A stretch of DNA of 64,000 nt from Candidatus Latescibacterota bacterium (GTDB taxonomy: Bacteria; Latescibacterota; UBA2968): positions 1,483,456 to 1,547,455 of the forward strand of contig OZ242311.1 in assembly GCA_965207885.1 (NCBI GenBank), in the 5' to 3' direction. Below the pieces are notes generated by a model, which saw nothing but the letters and a program-made list of their open reading frames with translations, did not search any database and was not told where the DNA came from. Position numbers and translations under genes: made by a program. Positions within the stretch are counted from its first letter, which is position 1. Every line of letters begins with the position of its first letter. This document shows, one piece after another, positions 58,292-64,000 of this stretch.

Positions 58292-59428
58292 CTACTTCCA
58301 AACAGACCGCAGTGTTCGGGCCAATTGAATCAAACTCTCCAGATTGTGTGCGGGCAAAAAATAATCCAGATATGGAAGTGCTGTCTTCATCCCCAAACAC
58401 AGGGGCTGATACCCCGGCGTGCCCAAAAGTGGATTGAGCCACATCAACTTATGCACGCGCTTTCGCAATCGCGCCATCTCTTGCCGCATCAAATCGGGAT
58501 CGCCCCGGTCCCAGCCGTCGCTCACAATAATCATCACAGTGCGCGAGTGCAACATATCGCGTGCAAACTGGTCGTTAAACTCGCGCAAACACCCGCCAAT
58601 ATCTGTGCCACCCGCCCAGTCGTGTACTGTATCAGCCACTTCTACAAGTGATTCTTCAATGCCTTTTGTTTTGAGCAAACGCGAAATTGCGGTCATCCGC
58701 GTGGAAAACACCCCGACCTCCACATCTCGGATTTCGCGCTTGAGCGCGTAGATAAAGCGAATCAGAAACCGGCTATAACAATCCATAGACCCGCTCACAT
58801 CACACAACAACATCAGCTTGGTCTTTTTGATGCGACGCCGCTTCATCATCAATTCGACACCGTCAGAACCATACAGCGCATTGCGCCGCCATGTGCGCCT
58901 GAAATCCAGTTCAGCCCCCCGATTTTCGGGCACGCGCCTGCGACTGCGGCGGTTGGCAATGATATTCACAATTTCGTGGATCACCTTTCGGGCCTGCTCA
59001 ATCTCGCGATCGGACATTGCGGCCAAATCTTTTCCCATCAAAGCCTCATCGGGGCTATACCCAACCTCCTCGGATTCGCCTTCCCCCTCGGCCTCTTCCT
59101 GCAAATCTGCAGTATCCACCACCTCATTGACATCTGCCTGAACATCGAGATCCGGATCTCCGCCGGCATCCGTATCGGTCAGAGTCATATCGTCGGGCAA
59201 AATCGGTCGCGCCCAGAAAGCCCTGAAAACCTCGTCAAAAGTCTCCAGATCGTCATAGCGCGACACCAGTGTCGCACGCGCAGCAGCGTAAAAATCGCTC
59301 CGATTGTGCAGGCTGATATATTGAAAACTATCGCACAAATCAATGAGATTGCCCGCATTGACTTCAACGCCAGCACTGTGCAAAGCCCTTGAAAAACCGA
59401 CAACTCGTCCCAGCATAGTTCTTGGCAT
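58292..59428 (-). CDS. VWA-domain protein, CoxE-like
   Basis: CoxE-type N-terminus (VGFSRALHSAGVEV), an acidic linker, and VWA with MIDAS LLCDVSGSM. Confidence 0.7.
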   Translation of the reverse strand: MPRTMLGRVVGFSRALHSAGVEVNAGNLIDLCDSFQYISLHNRSDFYAAARATLVSRYDDLETFDEVFRAFWARPILPDDMTLTDTDAGGDPDLDVQADVNEVVDTADLQEEAEGEGESEEVGYSPDEALMGKDLAAMSDREIEQARKVIHEIVNIIANRRSRRRVPENRGAELDFRRTWRRNALYGSDGVELMMKRRRIKKTKLMLLCDVSGSMDCYSRFLIRFIYALKREIRDVEVGVFSTRMTAISRLLKTKGIEESLVEVADTVHDWAGGTDIGGCLREFNDQFARDMLHSRTVMIIVSDGWDRGDPDLMRQEMARLRKRVHKLMWLNPLLGTPGYQPLCLGMKTALPYLDYFLPAHNLESLIQLARTLRSVWK

Positions 59429-59436
59429 GTGATCTC

Positions 59437-60348
59437 CTAAACGGCAACTTGTGTGCGTTCTTTCAGCAATCGGGCCTTCTCAATCAGTTGTGGTAGGCCG
59501 TCTTCCTGAATTTTTTCAATATCTTCTTTATACTTCAAAACACATCCCAATGTCGCATCAACTATCTGCGGATCCAGTTCTTCAACACGCATAGCCATCA
59601 GAGCCAGTGCCCAATCAATCGTTTCGGCAACACCGGGCTTTTTGTAAAAATCGCGATTGCGCAACAATTGCATAAACCCGCAAACCTGTTGTGCCAATTC
59701 GTCCTGCACACCCGACACACGCGACCGCACAATATCCATTTCTTTGCTAAACGTGGGATAGTCAATCCACAAATACAAACACCGGCGCTTCAGCGCGTCG
59801 TGCAACTCGCGCGTTCGGTTGGACGTAAGCACGACAAACGGCACCTGCATCGCTCTTATCGCACCAATCTCGGGAATCGTAATCTGGAAATCGGATAACA
59901 CTTCGAGCAAAAACGCTTCAAACTCTTCATCCGATCGATCCACTTCGTCAATCAACAACACCTGTTGCTTTTCTGCGCTACCCTCAAGAGCCGACAAAAG
60001 GGGACGCTTGAGCAAAAAATCTTCGCGAAAAATATTTTGACCAATTTCGGCCTTGTCGATTCCCCGCGCTTCTTCGAGCCTTAGCTCCAGCATCTGACGC
60101 GGATAATTCCATTCGTACAATGCCGTATTGGCATCAATACCTTCATAGCACTGCAATCGAATCAACTCAGTATCAAAAATACCGGCCATAACTTTGGCTA
60201 CTTCTGTCTTTCCAACGCCTGGTTCCCCCTCCAGAAAAATTGGTTTGCCAAGCGACTGCGCCAAAAAAATCGTCGTTGCCAATGTGCGGTCCGTGATATA
60301 CCCCTGCTCGGCAAACCGCTCTTCAACATCTTCAATAGAATTCAGCAT
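59437..60348 (-). CDS. MoxR-family AAA+ ATPase, CoxD-like
   Basis: Walker A GEPGVGKT, Walker B VLLIDEVDR, and CoxD-like LQCYEGID...YEWNY. Confidence 0.85.
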   Translation of the reverse strand: MLNSIEDVEERFAEQGYITDRTLATTIFLAQSLGKPIFLEGEPGVGKTEVAKVMAGIFDTELIRLQCYEGIDANTALYEWNYPRQMLELRLEEARGIDKAEIGQNIFREDFLLKRPLLSALEGSAEKQQVLLIDEVDRSDEEFEAFLLEVLSDFQITIPEIGAIRAMQVPFVVLTSNRTRELHDALKRRCLYLWIDYPTFSKEMDIVRSRVSGVQDELAQQVCGFMQLLRNRDFYKKPGVAETIDWALALMAMRVEELDPQIVDATLGCVLKYKEDIEKIQEDGLPQLIEKARLLKERTQVAV

Positions 60349-60899
60349 AATAACCTTTCTTTATCATACATTTCGCCATACTGCGCCACCCAAATTTGCA
60401 ATGCCTCTCTGGTCGTGTCAAAAGCCAGATCATTCCATGGAATATCCCGAGGGGCAAATGTAGCCACAGCCTGCGATTCAAAATTGCCTTCCAACTTTCC
60501 GCCCACAACCCGTCCAGTATAAACAATCAGCACCACCCGCTCCCCTTCATAAGACAACACGCCGAGCAACTCACCGATCTCGACCTCTAACCCCACTTCC
60601 TCGCGGGTTTCGCGCACAGCCGCGACATCGGTTGGCTCGCCTGCATCCACATATCCGCCGGGGAACACCCACTTGCCAAACCCGGGATCAATATTGCGCC
60701 TGAGCAGTACAACGCCACCATCGAGGGTTACAATAACCCCAGCTGCTACCTTGGGGTCGAGATAAGCCACAAATCCACACGACGGACAACACGGTCTCTC
60801 CCGATCTTCAACTGCTTTTACAACCAGCAAAGTCCCACATCGCTCGCAAAACCGAGCTTCGGATTTTATGCAACTGGGCAAAGAGATCAACCACCTCAT
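60342..60899 (-). CDS. NUDIX hydrolase with N-terminal zinc-ribbon
   Basis: CERCG-x17-CPSCG, then the Nudix box GGYVDAGEPTDVAAVRETREEVG. 7-nt overlap with the MoxR gene. Confidence 0.8.
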   Translation of the reverse strand: MRWLISLPSCIKSEARFCERCGTLLVVKAVEDRERPCCPSCGFVAYLDPKVAAGVIVTLDGGVVLLRRNIDPGFGKWVFPGGYVDAGEPTDVAAVRETREEVGLEVEIGELLGVLSYEGERVVLIVYTGRVVGGKLEGNFESQAVATFAPRDIPWNDLAFDTTREALQIWVAQYGEMYDKERLLC

Positions 60900-60972
60900 T
60901 GTTGTAATATTAATATAATATAGTAGTCTCTACCAGACAGTAAAATACACAGGTACCAATTTTGGGTCAACG

Positions 60973-60999
60973 AAAAAGCCCCGAATTTGAATTCGGGGC
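60973..60999 (-). terminator. Intrinsic terminator (second of a tandem pair) after phoU
   Basis: Minus strand GCCCCGAATTCAAATTCGGGGC followed by TTTTT. Confidence 0.7.
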
Positions 61000-61034
61000 A
61001 AAAAAAATGGGAACCGGGTCGCGGGCCGGTTCCC
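61000..61034 (-). terminator. Intrinsic terminator (first of a tandem pair) after phoU
   Basis: Minus strand GGGAACCGG-CCCGCGAC-CCGGTTCCC followed by A-T8. Confidence 0.75.
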
Positions 61035-61133
61035 AAGAGGGAGAATACGTCGTGCTTTGGGTATAATATCATCGCCGTGTTACAATCGCGTGTCATTTAC
61101 GCGACAGTGTTCGCCACAAAAATACGGTGGAGA

Positions 61134-61817
61134 TTACTCGCCTGCGCGCAATTCCTCCTGTTGATGTCTCACGATGCGCCCTTGAACGAGATAGACGGCA
61201 TTTTCGGCAATATTGGATGAATGATCGCCAATGCGCTCCAGATGTCTGGACACGAGAATGAGTAAAATAGCCTGATCCACAGTCGAGGGAATACCCGTGT
61301 TTAAGTACGTCAAAAACTCGCGGAAAATTTGATCGCGCAAGGCATCCATAGTATCGTCAATTCGACGCACCTTATTGGCCAATTCCACATCGCGATTGAC
61401 AAATGCATCCAGAGCATCCCTGACCATACCCCGTGCCAACTCGGCCATCCGCGGAATATCGATCAGCGGTTTCAATTGCGGCATGCGATTGAGCAAACGG
61501 GCGCGCTGAGCGATATTCACCGCCTGATCATTGATGCGCTCGAGATCGTAATTGATCTTCATAATGCCCGCCACCAGGCGCAAATCGCCAGCCACGGGTT
61601 GCTGCACAGCCAACACCCTCAAACACTCTTCTTCTATCTCCACTTCCCAATCGTCAATGTGATGTCCACCCTCTTCAACCACATCAACGAGGTGATTGTC
61701 GCGTTCTACAAGCGATTGTACTGCCTGTTCAATAGACTCTTCTACCGCACTACCCATCTTCAACAACTCACCTTTGAGGTGGTCGAGATGCTGGTCAAGA
61801 GTACGCTCCATAATCAT
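61134..61817 (-). CDS. phoU: Phosphate signalling complex protein PhoU
   Basis: Two PhoU repeats, each with a conserved E/D-x3-D motif (ERDNHLVD..., RRIDDTMD...). Follows pstB. Confidence 0.9.
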   Translation of the reverse strand: MIMERTLDQHLDHLKGELLKMGSAVEESIEQAVQSLVERDNHLVDVVEEGGHHIDDWEVEIEEECLRVLAVQQPVAGDLRLVAGIMKINYDLERINDQAVNIAQRARLLNRMPQLKPLIDIPRMAELARGMVRDALDAFVNRDVELANKVRRIDDTMDALRDQIFREFLTYLNTGIPSTVDQAILLILVSRHLERIGDHSSNIAENAVYLVQGRIVRHQQEELRAGE

Positions 61818-61828
61818 TACTCCTCTGC

Positions 61829-62641
61829 TTAGCCAAACCGCCCTGTCACATAATCTTCGGTTTGTTTGAGCTGCGGATTGGTAAACATCTCGCTCGTTTC
61901 GGCCATCTCAATCAAACGTCCCAAATAAAAAAACGCCGTATAGTCCGAAATGCGCGACGCCTGCTGCATATTGTGTGTTACAATCACAATCGTATATTGC
62001 TTTTTGAGCTCTTCAATTGTCTCTTCAATACGCCCCGTCGCAATTGGATCCAGTGCCGAACAGGGTTCATCCATCAAGATCACCGCAGGCTCAACAGCAA
62101 TTGCACGCGCAATGCACAACCTTTGCTGTTGTCCTCCTGAAAGCCCCAGAGCACTGTCATTGAGCCGGTCTTTTACCTCATCCCAAAGCGCGGCAGCCTG
62201 CAAACTGCGTACCACCACCTCATCGAGCACCGCCCGCCGATTTTCACCTGCAATTCTCAAACCGTAAACGAGATTCTCATAAATCGACTTGGGAAAGGGA
62301 TTGGACTTTTGAAACACCATACCGACCTGGCGGCGCAACGAAATCACATCGTATCCGGGACCGTAAATGTCGTCATTATCAATTTCAACCACACCCTCGA
62401 TATGCACCGAATCGATCAAATCGTTCAGCCTATTCATGCACCGCAACAGCGTTGACTTCCCGCATCCCGAAGGACCGATCAAAGCCGTTACCCGATACTC
62501 GGGAATCTGCATGTCAATGTCAAAAAGGGCCTGCGTCTCGCCGTAATACAGGCTCAGATTCGATATGGTGACAATGGGATTCTGAATATCTGGAACAATT
62601 GCTTCGCCGGACCGTGTATTTGCAAGTTCTGCTTCAGCCAT
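61829..62641 (-). CDS. pstB: Phosphate ABC transporter ATP-binding protein PstB
   Basis: [49 protein letters not shown]. Confidence 0.92.
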   Translation of the reverse strand: MAEAELANTRSGEAIVPDIQNPIVTISNLSLYYGETQALFDIDMQIPEYRVTALIGPSGCGKSTLLRCMNRLNDLIDSVHIEGVVEIDNDDIYGPGYDVISLRRQVGMVFQKSNPFPKSIYENLVYGLRIAGENRRAVLDEVVVRSLQAAALWDEVKDRLNDSALGLSGGQQQRLCIARAIAVEPAVILMDEPCSALDPIATGRIEETIEELKKQYTIVIVTHNMQQASRISDYTAFFYLGRLIEMAETSEMFTNPQLKQTEDYVTGRFG

Positions 62642-62664
62642 CGTGATTCCTTTCTCTCACCTAT

Positions 62665-64000
62665 TTAAAACGTCGCACCACCAACGCGCTTGCGAAGCCG
62701 ATTGCGAACCAGAATCGCCACCAGATTCAGAGCCAGTACAATCCCCATCAGCAATAAAGTCGTCGTATATACCATGGGGCGAGCCGCCTCGACATTGGGC
62801 GACTGGAAACCCACATCGTAAATGTGAAAACCCAGATGCATAAATTTGCGTTCCAGGTGAAAAAAGGGCCAGATACCATCCACGGGCAATGCAGGAGCCA
62901 ATTTCACAACGCCAGTAATCATCAGCGGAGCCACTTCGCCAGCACCGCGTGCAATCACGAGAATAATGCCCGTGAGAATACCCGGCAAAGCGCCGGGCAA
63001 AACCACGCGCAAAATGGTCTGCAATTTGGTCGCCCCGAGTGCCAGCGACCCAGCACGCACATCGCTCGGCACAGCGGAAAGCGCTTCTTCGGCAGAAACA
63101 ATCATCACCGGCACTGTCAGCAATGCCAGGGTCAACGAAGCCCACAAAATGCCGCCAGTACCAAATGTGGGCGTGGGCAACGCCTCGGGAAAAAAGAACT
63201 GATCGATACTTCCGCCAATGCCGTAAACAAAAAATCCCAGGCCAAACATCCCAAAAACAATAGAAGGTACACCCGCCAGATTATTAACCGCAATGCGAAT
63301 CACTCTAACTAAGATACCTTGCCTGGCGTATTCGCGCAAATAGAGCGCGGCTAAGATACCAAATGGCACAGCCGCCAAACTCATCAAAAAAACCATCATA
63401 ACAGTGCCAAAGATCGCGGGGAATACCCCACCTTCTGTATTGGACTCACGGGGTTCATCAAATAAAAATTCCGCGACACGCGAAAAATAAACGCTCGTTT
63501 TTCCCAAAATTCCCAGTCGGTTAGGTCGATATGCACGCACGATATCGGCCGTGGCAATCTGCCGCACCTCACCGCCAATTAACCGCACATCTATGCGGTA
63601 AACCTCGTTGGCTGCTCGCAATTGCGCCAGTTCGTCAGCCAATCGTTCATAAGCTTCCCAATAGGATCTGCTCTCTCGATCAATCGCGTCAATCTCATCG
63701 GTATCTCCATCACCCAATTCTATCTCGCGTTTTTTTAGTCGCAGGCTTTCAATTTGCCGATTTAAGTCGCCAATCGCATCTTTTTCAATTTGCCGAATCT
63801 GTTCGTGTCGTTCCCGGGTATTATCCAATTGCGCTTGTAGCATATCCCATGTATTCAACACCTGGGTTTCACCTTCGTACAGAGCTTCGATAAACCCATA
63901 AAAATTGCCCCACTCACGCCGCTCAAAAACCACCGCATCTACGAGATAATCCGTCGATTGAATATCCGATTCATCTATCCATTGAAAATCGCTGCCATAC
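62665..64000 (-). CDS. pstA: Phosphate ABC transporter permease PstA, long form (5' end outside window)
   Basis: C-terminal permease core (RIAVNNLAGVPSIVFG..., ARGAGEVAPLMITG). The frame stays open past ORF-track GTG 63933 to the window edge. Long N-terminal extension. Confidence 0.85.
   Translation of the reverse strand, partial: YGSDFQWIDESDIQSTDYLVDAVVFERREWGNFYGFIEALYEGETQVLNTWDMLQAQLDNTRERHEQIRQIEKDAIGDLNRQIESLRLKKREIELGDGDTDEIDAIDRESRSYWEAYERLADELAQLRAANEVYRIDVRLIGGEVRQIATADIVRAYRPNRLGILGKTSVYFSRVAEFLFDEPRESNTEGGVFPAIFGTVMMVFLMSLAAVPFGILAALYLREYARQGILVRVIRIAVNNLAGVPSIVFGMFGLGFFVYGIGGSIDQFFFPEALPTPTFGTGGILWASLTLALLTVPVMIVSAEEALSAVPSDVRAGSLALGATKLQTILRVVLPGALPGILTGIILVIARGAGEVAPLMITGVVKLAPALPVDGIWPFFHLERKFMHLGFHIYDVGFQSPNVEAARPMVYTTTLLLMGIVLALNLVAILVRNRLRKRVGGATF

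Noticed and set aside
1-64000. Scan for CRISPR arrays, tRNA/rRNA genes, reverse transcriptases (retron/DGR), integrases and phage structural genes.
   Set aside because: None seen. Intergenic regions are short, the longest being about 500 bp at 7054-7549 and about 310 bp at 3509-3820. No spaced direct-repeat arrays are present.

Overview
Gene-dense 64-kb chromosomal segment with about 54 CDS, mostly on the minus strand in long co-oriented strings. I saw no rRNA, tRNA or CRISPR array. All homology calls come from motifs read by eye in the supplied translations; nothing was searched or computed.

Gene content suggests an FCB-superphylum (Bacteroidota-like or related candidate phylum) organism. 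The evidence is a PorV/PorQ-like barrel, a cargo protein with a T9SS C-terminal sorting domain, three CarboxypepD_reg-type TonB-dependent receptors (TBDRs) and a DUF4249 lipoprotein.

Layout, in order:
- IS4 transposase fragment at the left edge.
- IPCT/DIPPS-like fusion plus an orphan TolC-like gene.
- A 6-kb block (TBDR, DUF4249, OmpR-type two-component system) bracketed by 48-bp direct repeats, with a nitrilase-family gene relic at one junction.
- Envelope genes (TPR-parvulin, EamA).
- A SusD-less glycan/inositol-type cluster: two sulfatases (one frameshifted), iolD, PhyH, SGNH esterase, acetyltransferase, TBDR.
- An AT-rich ~3.2-kb islet. It carries a divergent m5C methyltransferase facing an XRE-HTH/PD-(D/E)xK nuclease fusion, a beta-flower-like protein, DUF433 and two HicB-like genes.
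- SelA-like and NRAMP genes, then infA with an Arg/Gly/Pro-rich tail.
- A long operon: two ABC exporter half-transporters, VOC, SDR, amidohydrolase, glycosylasparaginase, DUF3047 and an unknown beta-barrel.
- A possible GNAT-like protein plus an ABC-2 transporter.
- A sugar-acid cluster ending in uxuA.
- A TBDR, 1037-aa T9SS cargo and PorV trio.
- A NUDIX-MoxR(CoxD)-VWA(CoxE)-XdhC string with no Mo-hydroxylase genes.
- phoU-pstB-pstA running off the right edge.

Best candidates for something undescribed:
1. The R-M/addiction islet. Its HTH-nuclease fusion faces a perfect 14-bp palindrome that overlaps the methylase -10 box.
2. The TBDR, T9SS cargo and PorV operon.
3. The 48-bp direct repeats bracketing the TBDR/two-component block.
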